Origin: Bugula neritina | Taxonomy: Eukaryota; Animalia; Bryozoa | Direction: 5' to 3' | DNA length: 64,000 bases | Assembly (NCBI GenBank): GCA_964035545.1 | Contig: OZ037769.1 | Location: 15,468,633 to 15,532,632 of the forward strand | In this document: positions 1 through 15,800 of the stretch, one piece after another | Layout of the letters: every line of letters starts with the position of its first letter | Position numbering within the stretch: position 1 is the stretch's first letter | The notes under the pieces: model-generated | Databases searched by the model: none | What the model was told of the DNA's origin: nothing | What the model saw: only the letters and a program-made list of their open reading frames with translations | Program-made: the position numbers and the translations under genes

Positions 1-630
1 AGAAGAATGTGAGCTTGTAATGAGTCAACACTGTGTGCTATGACTTTTACTACAGCAAACTTTAAAAGTTCCTAATCCTTCACTCAGTAACGTAGTATTA
101 TGTATGAAGAATCTAAACTGAAACTACAGGAAATACTTGGCATCAGCCTCGAGCAGTTTCACTTTAAATGGCAATGTTGTAAATGTCGAAATTTAAAATA
201 ACATTCAAAATTAGTAAACACAGTTTGAAAGATACGCGAACAATACTATTTCTCTCATTCTACAGAATTATAGTGTGACACAGCAATAGCGAACTAACCT
301 CGTGAAATACTACACCAATATCTTCTACCATAGCATATCCATAGAAGTCAGAAACTGAGTACCTCCACAGACCCTCGTAGTTGTTTGTTTACTGAGATGA
401 GATTTGGTGAACAGTATTATATAATAGTAACAAAGTGAGCTACAGTACGTTGAACTATGGATTGCCCAGTTGCATAAGTTATCGAAGCCCCAGTCTCTCT
501 CTGTAGATGTCTGTATTGCGAAGCGGCAACAGTCAATGCCATTATAATGAATATAGGGCAACGCATAACATGTATACAACATCTTGTTTTTATTAGCTAA
601 CTATTGTTGATCAATTACCAGCTAGTACTA

Positions 631-1158
631 CAGTCGACTCCCGAAATCTTTCTCGGTAGATTATGTAATGGTAGCCGTCGTCCAACAACAGCGGGCAGGA
701 AAACATTCAGCTACTTTCATCACTAGAAATATTTATTAGATATTTTGAGAACCAAACTTCGACCTGACCAAATGCTTTACACCATGTACTGCAGAAAACC
801 AGGTCTCGAAAATATAAAGACAGGTGAGGGAATTTTCAGGGAAATCATAATGGAGTGTCAAAATTTGAAATACCCCCCAGCAAAAAATATTTAAATCATT
901 GATTTAAAATGCAATTTTATTGAAAAGAAAGACGTTAGTACTTTTTGTTGTCATTTTATTTACAAAAAATCAAATACTTTATATTAAAAATTTTAATATA
1001 CCAGTTCGACGGAAATATTGTTCTACCTTCTACTATCAACTATTTGGTGAGGTAAATAAAAATATTACATTTTTATTCTGGTATTTGACCACTAAAATAT
1101 TACTATAAACATCTAGTGTAGGAATGAACGTTGCCGACTAGAAAAAAGGGCTCGACTG
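631..1158. mobile_element. Putative Tc1/mariner/pogo-type MITE
   Basis: TA|CAGTCGACTCCC at 629-642 and GGGCTCGACTG|TA at 1148-1160: short imperfect terminal inverted repeats starting CAGTCGA, flanked by TA; no coding capacity. Confidence 0.4.
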
Positions 1159-3577
1159 TAGCAATGTTGCATAGAATACATTATAGTAGGGTCTCGCTGT
1201 GTTTAGTGTGTATGTTTATAGACTCGCCTAGAGCCAACTGTTGGAAATGGTAGGAAACTGCAAACATCTGTGCTAACTAAAGTCAAACGAACAATACTCA
1301 TCGCCTCAGTTCCACTTCTTATTAGATAAACAACTACTAGGTTACGGGTGTCCAGGAAGAGCCCGCATTTGTGTACTGCATAGAGCGTAGGCTACAGACA
1401 CAACTAATCAAAATAATGGGGGTAGCAAACCCTACACAACACATGTTATATCATATCACTAACTCAATGCACATGTGCCACTAAAATAGAGAGTTTAGCA
1501 TCCAACTGTAGCATAACTTCATTAGAGAATAGTCGGCAGTTCAATATTCTATAACTATATTGCTCCACAGTCACTCTTTGTAAACATATCACGCTGCAAA
1601 TTCTCTCAGTAAATGACAGCACTCTCAATTACCAACTATAAATTGTCTTCCCTCGCACGTAATCGCTAAGAAATATACATGGCAAGACACTGAGGTCGAG
1701 TGATTTGTGTTCACAGTATATTCAGGCCAACACCAAGTAATTGTATTACTGACCGTATATATTACCTAAATACAAATCACAAACAATACAGACTAAATAA
1801 TAATGTTTGTGAAAACAATGAAATGGAGTATTTATTTCAGTTTATTGTATAAATACAATCACTGCGTATTACCCATGCCTATTCACCAGTATTTATCTAG
1901 CAAAGGGTTATTCTAATCGGTATAATGTGTGTATATTTAGCAGCCACAGCAGCATAAGTATCCCCAGCAGAACTGGGTATCAAATGAACACAGTGAAAAA
2001 ATTCTGGGTCTGCTAATGTAAACAGGCTCATTGTTTGTCTGCGCAGGTACTTGGTGGGTGCACTAGTTGAGGTATTAGTTACACTGTTATTCTAAGAACT
2101 GCCCCATGGAATAAACTCACATCCTTTCAGGCAGCAACTTTGCTGATTAGTAACATTTCCACGGAGTAGCTACACATCACACCAATATTGACACAGTGTC
2201 ATGACATCAATACAAAACATAGACAAACATTGTATACTATTTTACCAGCTAAAAAAGTTAATTTCGAAAGCAAGTAATGTGTATATTCAAATTCATAATT
2301 ATTGAAAGGTTGACTGTAAATTTTAGCAATAGTAAAGTTGATGACGCTGTATGCTAATAATATATGTGACAAAATATTTCCAAAATGCTGTAAACTGGGA
2401 AGACAACCCTGAGCTAGGTCAAGTATTTGAAAATGTCAAAATCATTTACTAGACAACTTTCTCGCCAAAAGGATTCCAAAATCAACGAATTAAGCTGCTC
2501 CATTGTTGAAATTGAGACAATTCAATGTTCTAAACTGCTTAATATAGTTTTTTAAAGAAATTATAGCAATAAGTTTGTTCAACCTGAGAGATTTTATAGC
2601 ATATTTAAACACATTTATTTTAGTAAGTCATAATTTCCACATAACTAGAGAAAATTAATTACTATTGTAATTAGATTGTGTTCATCAATCTCATTATTAT
2701 TCACTGAGTAAGAATGAATATTAATCTTCAAATAACTAAAACTAAAACTCCTAAAGTTTTGCTATTTAAACTGTTAGATGCATGTAACTGTCTGTTAATA
2801 AGCATAAATTAATGACATAAACTTGTAAGTCTAATCAAATTGACTCAAGTCAGACTTAGACTGGACTTGACTACCCAGTAACAGTTTCCAGCTAAATAAG
2901 TACCAAAATTTGTGTCAACAAAGTTTTGTATGATGCGATTAACTAAAATTACAATTCCTAAGCACTGATTCAAGTATTATTCCATAATATCTATTTAATG
3001 TCTAGTATATAATATATATTTCCTAGGGTATTTGCAAGGTACTACCAAGAAGCTACGATGACTACACTAGAGTTCAACAGCAAGAGAGAGAGTACAAGGA
3101 AACACTAAAGTACTAGTCAAGAATGCTGACTCAACAACACAACTTCTGACAGCACAGCCCCCTAAGTGATAACAATTAGATAATACAATGCATCATCAAC
3201 AGTACAGAATGAGAATATGTCTTGGTACAGTATCAATCAGTTAAAGCCAATGACAGTACGTAGTAGGGCAAGTAGAGTGTGGATAATGCAGTCATTAACC
3301 CAGAACAAACAGTTGTTGATGTAATAAACAAGAAATTGCAGGCCAGCACTACAGTTGAGCTGTAAAGTAGTTGCGTTGTGTAATTGTGTATTGATTTGGA
3401 ATTCTCATACTTGGCAATCAGCACATGTTAGTTCAAATATTGTTTACGTCTGTGAGACATAAGAAACGGACTATGTCAGCGGAATGTATATGCTAGTAGG
3501 CCTAATACTTTTGGCAGCATATGTATGTGTCTAAGAGTCAGCCGAGGTCCAGGGAGTGTAAGCTGCTGCCACTCCAA

Positions 3578-3662
3578 CCAGGGAGTTTACACACCACTGC
3601 CAGGGGTTTTCACACTACTGCCAGGGGTTTACACACCACTGCCAGGGGGTTTACACACCACT
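3578..3662. repeat. 21-22-bp tandem repeat, 4 copies (CCAGGGGTTTACACACCACTG)
   Basis: Directly visible; explains the repeated PGVYTPL motif in ORF 3525-3725. Confidence 0.9.
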
Positions 3663-6600
3663 AGGGTAGCTAGCAGCCTCAGCCCCCACCCACCTTTCAG
3701 CACTATTTTAAGATCATATATTTAAGGACTTTTCTAGGTCTATTCCAAAACAAAGTCAAAAATAGTCTTGAAATGAGGGTGCAAATTTTTAGAGGTCCAA
3801 ATATTTTCCAGTTATTGAAAGCTAGGGCTAAAAAGTCCAAAATAATCAAATATTTACAGGTCCTCAAAGTTCTGCAGTTTAGGAAGGGGTGGAGGGGTGC
3901 AAAACAAGCAGCACCCAAACTGTTGTCACATCCTCACTGCCAACCAAAAGCTCTGAAGTTTGAAACTGAACAGTATTTCACTAGGCACCAAATCTCCCTG
4001 AGATCTGGCCTGTTTCACTCAAAACAATGTCCGAGTTCAAGAATCCAGGTTTGACAATGTCGGTTGCGACCAGGTTGGACATAGTTCTCCTAGTGGGAAA
4101 GTGTTGATATACGGTAGTAGTTGTAGCAGTAAGTTAGCTAGCTACTAGTAAATGACCCCAGTCAGTGCTTGTTTATTGTTAACTGGATAAGGTTATCTAT
4201 GGGGATTGTGTTATGAGTAACTTTCAGTCTGAACAGATAAATAGTATTATGGCGAAGTTATTAGTAATTATTAAACAGTTAAGGAACTGCATTCTCACAG
4301 CCAGGCCAAACCTCAGTAAACAACTTGGCTGTGATTTGGTGGAAATTATTAGACGTTACAAAACAAATAACTTCTAAGAAAGTTTTACAACTAAACTAAT
4401 TGCCAGCAGCCAAACAAGCCACTGCAAACAGCTGTTATTTTTAGCTTTGAGCCAAAAATGTAACTCAGCTCTAGAAATCAGGAGATAACTTTACAGGAAA
4501 ACAGGTGTGAGGCTATCTTAGCTTTGATGCCGAGGCCTGCTTCTTCTCTTTCGAATGTCACTGTTATTAGTCACCATTTTATAAGAAGAGGTCAAAGGTT
4601 AAACAGCTGGAGGGGAAATTAGGTGATTTGACTGATTTTTGTGCCCCTAACTCTATTCATACAAGCCAAGGTTTAGCAATTCATAAACGAACATAGGAGA
4701 GCTCTTTTCATCTCTCTGGGGACCGTAAAGTCTACCAGGGGATTCCAAGGTTTGGAGGATTCTAACTGTTTGCGTTCACAAACTAGCGACCTATCATTGT
4801 AGAAGTACCTATCGGAACATTCAACCTCCTTCACCTGTGTCAGAGCCTTCGAAAAACATCCAAACAAACGGCTAGCAACAGCCACATGTGGGCGACAATC
4901 AACATGTCATAGATAAGACACTGTAGCTGTACACAAACTGGCCAGCTAGTATCTCTTCACTTAAATACATTTCATACAAGTAGTGTAAATAAACACCTGT
5001 ACTGGGTACTAGTAGCTGATTATTTCTCTATCTACTCACTGAAAGTAAATATGAATCAAAGTCATTCTTGAATTTCTTCAGACAGTTGGGTTACTAGCAA
5101 GAGAGTCCCTTAAGTTTTAAGCTAATTTTAAGCTACATGAAGGAACTAGGCTAATGTTGAGGTTGTACTTATGCATTTCTTCTCAATGAATCACCCTGTA
5201 GACACAATTATTTCCTCTTTTTGCTATCAGTAACTGAATCAACTGGAAAGATACTTTCTACGCTGATATAACAAATATCACCACCACAACATTAGAACTT
5301 ACCGGAGCAGACAGTGATGGACTCAGTTTCCTAGCAGAAGATTCACCATTCAGACTTGTGCTCTCCTGTAACTGACTCTGTCGCAGTCTCAACATACTCA
5401 GTGTGTCTTCCATGTGGCCAAAAGTTGCTCTACACTCCTGGCTAGCCGTCTATGTCACATTATCTGCTAACCGTTCATTCAAAGTCTCTCCACCTCTGCA
5501 AAGATTTGTATTCAATAATTTGGTGTACATAAAACCACATTCCACCAGCACTTTGAGCTTTGCTTGTGTTTACACTACTTATAAAATAATTCACCAATAA
5601 CCTGTTATATACTAAGTATTTAAATTGATTGATCAGTGTGGCTTTTTTCAAATACCTGAACAAAAAATTCTAATGGAACTAAATAGACACATAATCAATG
5701 TACAGCTACCAGAATATTATACTTAGAAATTAAAAAAATTAAAATAACTAAAATTAGAGCTTGTAAATTTCAAAACAATTCCACCAAATGGAATGTAAGA
5801 GAATGTGCAAGCAGGTGTAGGACTGATCCTGATTAATATTCACCAAGCAAAATATTTCCCCAATCATGTTTAGCACTTTTCACTGTTATTATAGGGCCGA
5901 GTGTCAGTAACTAAATAGTTAGAGAAAACATAACTAATTCCTAACCCACCCAGCAATCAAAGATAGCCTCAAGTTAATGTAAATAAAATGCACGCAGACA
6001 TAACAAAGCAGTATGGCTGAGTTTAAATTGTTTATGAAAGACAAGATAGGGAGAGAGGACCAGGTGGCAGCAGCAGCTGAAAGGACACTGACAGCAGTTG
6101 ATCAGAGGCAGCAGCAACTGATGGAAATGAATAAACTCAGAATTATTCCAGCAAAACTTGGAACTGCAAAACTGAATAAAATTGAAGCCTGGAAAGTGTG
6201 ACAAAAATTGGCACCATCTGAACTCCATTCATGGATGAAACAACCCTAGGGATTAATACGCAACCAACGTGGATGGCAGCAGTTGCAAAATATTTCCAGA
6301 ATATTGGTACCACCGACCTTTGGAGAGGACAAGACGAAGTCTCACTCTATCAAACACAAAATCTTAACACTACCAACTTTAAGAAATAACCAGCCATCAA
6401 GCACTTACCTATTATGAGAATGTGGAAGTGGTAAATAAATAATCAGATGGATTCAAATAGCTTCTACCAGGTAGATTTGTAAGGGGTTGGTTGTACTGAG
6501 AATAGTTACTACATGTAGCTAGTGAGAATACAGGTTGCCTTCACCTGAGCACTGAGAGATAACTAAACAAGCTTTTGTTTGGCAGTATATACAATGTCAA

Positions 6601-8864
6601 TGCTTTGTTTAAATTGCATCTTTGCATCTCCACAAAAGCGCAAACAATGTTTGCGTTTATAAGACATCATGCAAACAAAATACCTAGCGTTGAGACATGT
6701 ATGTAATTTTGTATTTAGCCTTGTATTTGATACTCGGCTACGGTGGGAGTGAAATAAAAAATTACAAAGGAAATGCGAATGTTTCACTGGGAAATATTCC
6801 GGAGTGATGGAGGCAGTATTTCAGCTTTTGGCAGATTAGAGTGGTAGTACTTGGCATTAAAAATTAGAATAAATAATTACATTGCTGTAAAGTTTGCAAA
6901 TGTAACAGATTAGTGTAGTTTCTAGGCCATTCAAGTTGCCCTAACTTAAACTGGGTTCTTTTTACAAAAAAATTCTTTTAACACTTATGAAAACTGCACT
7001 AAGAAATAACAAAACCAGACCATTTCAATCATAGCTAGTTTAGTAACAGGATATATGACTTTCCAAGTTAGTAGTATCTGAAAAATCCATTCTATAAATT
7101 TAAACTTGCTAATATATTATGTGATAAGGTACAGGCTTTTAGTTATACCAGAGTCTAGCAAGCATTGTAATAAGGAAAAAATGTGTTTTTTTTCCTCAAA
7201 AAGGCAACAAATCTTGAATCAAATTAAAAAAAGCAAACTTGAGCTATTAGAATTCTTACACGCTGGGGCATAATTTTAGTTACATTAACTAACAGCTGCG
7301 GCCATTATAAAAATTATGATAGGGGAAGGAGAGCAGGCCTTCTCAGTATTAGAACAGCGTGCAGCGCAGTTTACCTAACAAACAACTGTTAGGGTCGGCC
7401 TCTCTCACTGGGATTGTTTTAGTAAATAGCCTATTCAGAGAAACACAGCCAGGTAAATATTTAGATAGTGAATACACCAAACACTCAACAGCAAGGCAAA
7501 TACAAACAAATATAAGCTTTTATACTAGCTGAAGATCAATGTCATGGTTAGGTTATCTTGAGCTCTTAGCTCTATCAACATTATAGCCCTTGTGTGTTTA
7601 CAGGCTTATATCCTCCCTACCCTATCCCTACTAGTCAACACTAAATCCATTATTTAGACCTTCATTCAGGAGCAGTAGTGGAGAAATTGAGATAGCCTAA
7701 GCTTCCTAATTTTATTAATAAACTTCGGTTTGGGGCGAGGGTTGAAATTCTTGCGAGAACATAACTTCTTATGGTACACTTCTAATCTAGAACACAGGCT
7801 TTTCTCAATTTCTCCATTACTGCACATACCTCTTATTTAGTGAACCGGGAGCAAGGCAATTATTTGAGAAGATTGAAATTGTTAGACCAGAGAAGAGTGC
7901 AAAATTGAGATTTCATCAAAGTTCAAAAAATAAGTACAAACATAGCCTGAAGTCAACAATTGAAGTTTTCTTGCAACACACTAGAACTTCAACACAAAGT
8001 ACTCAGTCTAGACTCTGGAAAAACAGAGAGACCTCACAGACACAAGGTTCTCAAGCAAACAGGGTGAGAGTTTCAAAGAATCACAAGCCAACAAGAGTTG
8101 GTCACAAAAATATATCTTAAAAGTGTTACCTGGACAATCAGATCAAAAGAGGCATAAACTCCACCAGTAGTGACAATTTCAAATTTTAAATCATTTTTCA
8201 AGCATATAATTTCAGTTGAAGCTATTAATGCAAAAAATCTGATTAGGGGTTTGGGGTAAATGAATGTTAAATATGTTGAATATTTAAGGAAAAGGCAACT
8301 TTGAAAAAAAAAATCTATAGCCGAATAGTTGGTGACTTTTATATAGTGCTTGCGTCAAGAGAGGTTGTTAACAAAGCGTGTTCTACCAGCACCAGTGCAT
8401 AGACAGGCCAAGATTTGATCATCCAACCAGCGTATTTACAAATTGTTACGAATCACCCAACTAATCATTACAACACTTCAGTCTTTGCCAACTCCTGAAT
8501 CCTGGCATTGATTTTTGTATAACCTAGCATGTAATTCTATTATCCAGATGGACTTGTTTAGCCTGTTTATGTTTAGACATTAAATAGATCAGTCTGTTAG
8601 GGCCACTACTTATACAAACAAAAAACTAGCCACAGGATGAAGAGCTTTTGCGGAATTTTACGAGAGGGGAGGTCTGCTTCCCCATCTTGAGCTTGTTAAA
8701 CTTGAGGCTACACTATTCTCAGCATACTATTTAGACATCCATGGCTGCTTTTGTAATCCGAGACTAGGGAGCTTCAACGATTGTTATGAGTTGTCAGATA
8801 GACACTTGTCACAAGCAATTTCATAACAGCAGCTCAGCCTCTTAGCACACAGGCTTTGCTCCTT

Positions 8865-8946
8865 GTGGGGCTTTGGTGGTACTGGGGCTTTGGTGGTACT
8901 GGGGCTGTGCTGGTACTGGGGCTGTGCTGGTACTGGGGCTGTACTG
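8865..8946. repeat. 17-bp tandem repeat, ~4.5 copies (GGTACTGGGGCTGTGCT)
   Basis: Directly visible. Confidence 0.9.
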
Positions 8947-11900
8947 CTGTTAGAACTATGCTGGTTGTGTGGTGTAACTGGTTTTGAGGTCTGAGCTTTG
9001 TTACTCTCACTTCTCAGCTTTATAGCCAGCATATCTTGGTATGACCGGAACCACTTGTATTACAAGTTAAGGTACTAGAGTATAGATGTAAACTAGTAAT
9101 GGGCCCACCAGCACTTATTTTATTTCTTAGACAAAACTTAATTTAATTACAACTAATTTTTTTTAATAAATCATTAAATAATAATTTGTAAGCGACAAGC
9201 AATGATAATGAAAACAATTGAACTATTTTAATAAATTACATTAAGTAACAAATACCCAAAAACCACAGGTCCCAAAAGCATAGAAGACATTTATACACAA
9301 TCTTCAATGTCAATCATTCAACTGGACAGTTTCAATGGCTTGTTGGCAATTAATACAAATTTGACACCTTGGAATATATTATTTCAGTTTCATACCAAAC
9401 TCATTAATAGCAGACTAAGTGAGCATTGTATGATCTTACGCATGAGTTATTTTCTAAACTAGCAAAAAATTAAAATTATAAACCTAATATTGTTCAGAAA
9501 GAAAATTAAAATAAAAGTTGCACTATTATTTAAATGTTATGTTATTTAAAATGCAAAGTTTACTTTTGGTTTAGTATTGAATATTTACATTTTACTATAT
9601 CAAAATCAAAAACTTCTATGGCTTAAGCGTTTATCACAGGCCTACTGTTTCTCCTAATTAGGTAATAAATGAAGCTGCTGTGCTTTGTTGAAGAGAGTAG
9701 ACAAACATGTCTTCTATATCATAGAGTTATCAAGGGAGAGAATATGTTGTTAGTCAATAAAGTAGCACTTAAGCCAGAGTATGAGATTGCATCCAGGTGT
9801 GCTTCGGTTAAAGTTTCTCTGGGGACAGACAGCACTGTTGACTGATTACCCAATGCCACATAGTATTCTAGAAATTTCCATTTCCTGAGTTGCAAGTGAC
9901 CAGAAAACTACAGAAATGTAGAAGACCCAGCAATCGAGAGCCAAAAGAGCATTTAGACTTGGCAACGCAGCCCAACAGTACCATACATATGAGCTTGGTG
10001 AGGCAATCCAACCACATCAGCTAATTATAAAATGTGGCTACAGATAAGACACGGGTATTGTATCAATAGATAATATTTCAACACTCTTTTTCTGTCATTC
10101 ACAATCTTAAGATGTATGATCACCATTATTACCCTTCCATAAACTCATCAACTTCCTTTCTAGGAGGAAAACCAACAATAGGAAGTCTAGAAGGAATTCT
10201 ATCAAATGTATTTTTAGTAGGTCTTTACTGAGCAAAGAATAGAAAATGTCAGGCAAGAGAATTGTTGATTACTCAGCATTTGTTAGTTACAGGCAGTGGC
10301 TGTGTACACAATGCAATTGTTTACAGTGCATAGATAAACATCAAGATATTTCAAACAGGGGAAATAAAATATAGCCTTGAGTTAATCAAGGGTGTGGGCG
10401 GCCAACTAGAGCAAACGTACAGGAAAAGAATTGAGAACCCTGGCCTGTAAAACTAGAAGTATTAGCACTAGCTCTGTGTAAACAATCAAACCAATAAGAT
10501 TGAAACCAAGATGTCCAGTAATACTAATAAAGAGAGGGATTAATACAACTGATTGAGCTTCAGTCGGGTAACTAATGTTTTTAATTCAATGACCCTCAAA
10601 CCTTTTCCTTTTAAGGTGGTTTTAAGGCTTTTTAAAAAAATTGACAGCTCCAAGGCTACCTACCATTAAACATAAAGGCCATGAGTAAAATCTCAGAAAA
10701 TCTAAATAGGTGAAAATTTGTGTGACATGAGAAGTTGTCTGTCCAAACAATACATGGATCGAACTTTAAGCATCAAAAACACCGAAAGCAGGAGTTAAGC
10801 AAAAGTCCATCTCTACTGCTAAAAAGTCACACCAACTGATAGCAATAAACCGGCACTGAAAAAGCTAGACAAAATCCAGTTCAAATGCCACAGAGCGGGT
10901 CTTTACTCCCAGCTGAAAGCAATTACAAGTGAGAGGCCGAAATTATGTTTTACATTTAAAATAATAAGACCAGTATTTCACAATAATTATGCATTATTAT
11001 ACAATAGCTGACACAATGCAACATCACTGAGCAAAAGCCTGCTGTGCTAAATTAGGAGAAATGCAATTGTTTGTTGGAAGATTTTTTCAATTGAAAGAAA
11101 AATGTCAGTCACAATAAAATGACCCAGTACAAGCATGCAAGCACTGATAGAACTTGCTGCCAATTGTGTTAGTAAGTTAATCATGCGGGTAGTTACAAAT
11201 CTTGGCTGTGTAATTTTGTTTGCACTAGCAAAATTTTTTTGTAGTAATATCAAGGGTTTCTAGCAGACTTTGCAGAACAAGAAGGAAATTGTCTTAATAA
11301 CTGATAGCATTGTGAAAACTGAACTGGTAGCTGGGTAAAGTTGCTGTTACCCATGCATTATCTGAATAGCTTGTATATTATAGGAAGGATAAAAGAGCAC
11401 TTGTTTATTAGCCTGAGAAAGTAGTAATCACTGTGAATACCCTCTGCATACTTTGCATTCATTGTTTCAGCATGAGGGCACTTGATTAGCCTGCCTTTGG
11501 CTGAACACAGAGTCAGCAAACATATTAATCAATACACCAGCATTATTTTCAACATTGTTTTTATTTTGTAACACCACAATCTGCCTTTATTGTTTTGTTT
11601 TTGTGATTAGTACTAACACCAGCAACCAGAGAATTGCTTTATATTCATGTGCTTAGTGACCATTTGGTAGGACTTGTGCACTGACTTTATTTTGACCCCA
11701 ATAAGGTAATTTGAAGAAGTCTACAGCTGGGTTGACACATTTAATGTGTAATTATCAGGAAAATAATAAATATACACCGGCGTAGTAGAGTTCTGTAGAA
11801 GAGAAATGTACAACCAGAAACCAAACTCACGTGCACTTTTTACTGTCACCACGTTTACCTTTATGGGGTGAGTGGTGATTTGGAAAAAGGTAGGCCATGT

Positions 11901-14899
11901 TTATTCAGAAAGCACAGCTGACTGTTAATTTCTCAAGTTATGAAAACAGCTGTTCAACCTCAGTAACACGGAGCTGTAAATCTCAAAAACTATCAAAATC
12001 CCTTATTTATAAAATCAATTTAATCTAAGTGGTAGGTGCACAAGTAATGTACCAGCTTTTCAAGTCCACACTAAGAACAATCTGAATAACAACTATGGAT
12101 ATAACTCCCATATCTGATGGGGCTGCAGCAATATTTGGGTGAATCAAATCAAGAAGGCAGTATTCAGCAATTAGAACCATAATGTTGCAATTTACTGCAA
12201 CCAATAAAATATAAACTAATAGCAAGGGAGACAACTGATAAATACCCAATAGATTCTATGTGCTCATATAATAGTTTTTGTTTTAGAAATTGAAGTTGAG
12301 ATCAACTTTAAGAATGAGCAGAGATTTTCTATTACAAACATTTCAAGAAAATACTTAAAATTCTAGGTTACACCACTCTAGATATAGGCCATGGATTAAT
12401 TAGGAGCCAGGAAAGATGCTTTAACCTCAAACAATGCAAATGGTCTTACAGAGAAAATTAAGTTACAAATTAATAAGTAACAAATATATAAACGTTTACT
12501 TGCTGCTAGCAGGTTTTGTCAAATGAGTTAATTCAAAGTGATTACTTATTTATCACTGGTGAAATTAACAATTACAGAATGAAATAGATAATTCCCTTGC
12601 TACTAAACAATAAATATTTATATTGCTCAAACATAGAACTTTATAGCAACATAAAACTAAAGATTTATAAATTAACCATGTTGGTTACAATCCATCAATA
12701 TAGCCACCTTCTAAAATAAGTATGGTATAAGTATAGCAATTTTAATTTTCTAGTTGAAATAGTAATCTAATTAATGCCAATGGGATTACTAAAATGATCA
12801 TCATCATGATAATAGATACACGAAAGGCAAGTATGTCAAATAATATGTTGTTACAGTTTTAGAAGAATTAATCCAACCGTAATTGCTAGAATGCTGGTAT
12901 AAAAATAAAAAATTATTAAAATATTAACTAATATTTACACCATGAATTAACTTGGGTACTCATAATAATAATTGATTTGCATTAGTGATTGGAAGTAAAA
13001 ACCCATATAAGTGGTCAAAAATAGTATGATTATCATTATCAGTTTGAAGTTATTGACATCACCAAGAGCCTAAGTTTGTTATATTATCATTGGATCATTC
13101 TCTACAAGTACTACTGAATTATAATAACTACTTGCAGGCATAAATACAAATATCAGTGATACTCAAGGTCTATCACCATTTTCATCTGGATTGAAACCAA
13201 TCTAACTGGACTATACAGTGATACAATCATCAGTTTCTCAATTGTAAGTTTTGCTAGTCTAAGGAGTTGTTAGCACGATGAGCGGCAGCAAACAGAGCTG
13301 TCACAAGATGGTGCTGTCATAGTTTATCAGCATAAAAATAAAAACATAACTACAATTACAGCTACAAGATAAAGCACAGCATCTACAATGAAAAAAATTA
13401 AAATTACCTTCACTCTAACTACAGTAAGATTGGGAAATACCTATTATACACATTACGTAAATAGACCTGTTAGTCTAAGTGGTACAAGGTAATAACACTC
13501 AGTTAATTATTAGTACTACATTGAATATATTCATATTGATATTAACATATAAATGTAATATAAATAAATATTAGGTAAATATACATTACTACATTGTGAC
13601 TATATAACAATTAAAAATAGCAATATTCATATTATCACTATGCTCATGATGATCCTAAAACGAAAAGTAAAACTCCAGGCTAAACAGGTATTTGTACATG
13701 TTAGTAATTCAATAAACTATCTGCAGTACTACTCAATAACTCCTTCTTACAATTAGTATTTGACTGTAATTACTGCAATATTTATATTGAAGTAAAAGAA
13801 ACATTGAATTCGCTCAATATTATTAGTAATTGGCAACAATTTAACACTACTTTAAAGTCACAAAACTAGGAGCAAAAACATTGTATAAATATTAATAGTA
13901 ATATTTGTATGACTTGATCTTACAATTTTGAAATTCAGTAAACTACAACTACATCACTCTCACTCAGTCCATAGCGATAATCATACTCTTAGCAAAAAAT
14001 AAAGATCACACAAACTTTAACTCAGTACGATTATTAATATCAGGATGAGTATGACTATCAACATGAACATAGTCATAATTTTGAAAGCTAAAATTAATGA
14101 AAAAACTAAAATTGCAAGTCTTTAGTTTAGTTATAAAAGACAAACATATACTTACAGTATTGATAGCAATGAGTTAAATCGGCTAAGCCTATGTATGGCC
14201 CATGGGCATGGCTATAGGCATAGTGATAGTTATAGTGAGTTTATAGTTATAGTCAATGTGACTGTGATTTATAGCAATCTCTAACTATAACCCTAAGTTA
14301 TTAAATGTTACAGTTAGTGAGTTACTGCTAATATTACTGCAAGTATAAGTATAATATTATCATTTTGATTTAAACTATTGCTCCAAGTATAACTATAAGT
14401 ACAAGTATATGAGTATAACTGAAACATTGAGTTTAACTGTATAACACCAACAGATTAACCCTAAGACAAAAACTAAAATAAATATTTTTATCATAATTAT
14501 TAAATACAGATGGAAACTGAAAGAAAAGGTACAACTAAAATTAAACGTTAACAATAATTATAAATATAATTCATTATTAATTATATTATAAATAATAAAA
14601 TATAAATTAAAATCCTAAAAGATATTGTCATTGATAATCATCATGCTACGAAATTTTTTAATAAATTTGAAGGATTAGCAATAAGTGCAACTTTAACTTC
14701 AAATCATTAACAACAAATAATTATAATTATTATAATATCAATAAACATAATGACAACCTTAAATAATTATAACATTAATTAATAATATTTTATTATTATG
14801 ATTAAGTTTAACACACAACCTATAGTATCACTATCAGTATGGCTATGCCTATAGTATTGATTTAATTTTATATTTAGAGCACTTGTCACTTAAGCTTAG

Positions 14900-15800
14900 C
14901 AGAAGAAAAACAAAATACCTATAATTTAATTATTAATTGCCATGAACTCTTTTTTCCTCAATTGGCATCGACAGCTAGCTGACTATCAGGCAATAGGCGT
15001 AGTGCAGTTTAGCAGACAAGAACAGCCTTCTACCGATCAACAAAATAAACATTGGAACGTGACCGAATCACTTCTATAAATAAAAATACAAATAAAGTCC
15101 GCGACAAAATATAACTAAATATATAATGTTTGACCGACTAGTAAAAATTGATAGTCGACTACAGTGCAATTACTAATTGAATTGCTTTATAATTATTGTG
15201 TGGCATATTTTGAAAACAATTGAATTCATCTTTACAAGGGCGGCTGCAGAAGGTTTCAAATTTTGAAGAGTTATTATCACATGGTTTCAAGCCTGGAAAT
15301 GGGTAGACGAAACACACAATAGTGGATAGTAGGAAGGTATTTGAAAGTGGGAGTTTTGAAACTTGCATTGATAGTTTTAATAACATAGCTAGATATGTTT
15401 GCTTAACTTATGTTTGACTATGTTGTCGTTTTGAGGGAAGAAATGTGCGCTAAGTTTACCGAATACAATAGTTTGCTGTTCGAATAATGTTTCCTTTAGT
15501 TCCAAATCTACCACGTGTTTATTTACTATTACTGCATAACGTAGACGATTCTATGAATGAACACATGCACGGCGGAGTTGTGTTCTGTTTATCAGTAAAC
15601 ATCACGTGCATCATTTTGCCCAATAGATGCTTGGGTGTCAATATAGGTACAGTCATTTCTGAATGGATCGAGGTTAGTAAATATAAACAGACGTTCTTAT
15701 TGGTGAAAAACTAAGAGCGTTGAGCCTATCATAAATCTTCGACTTAAATGTGCGGGCTTAATCGGCATGCTGTATACACGATACACAGGGCATTGACCTT
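14900..15800. promoter_or_regulatory. Probable promoter region, possibly bidirectional
   Basis: Local CpG enrichment in a CpG-poor background. Donor-like sites point outward (+ GAG|GTTAGT ~15673; - AG|GTATTT ~14918). Flanked on both sides by the same periodic low-complexity tracts seen at the other promoters. Confidence 0.35.

Noticed and set aside
6013-6360. Coiled-coil-like 62-aa ORF, possible gag remnant
   Set aside because: No recognisable motif, LTR or splice chain.
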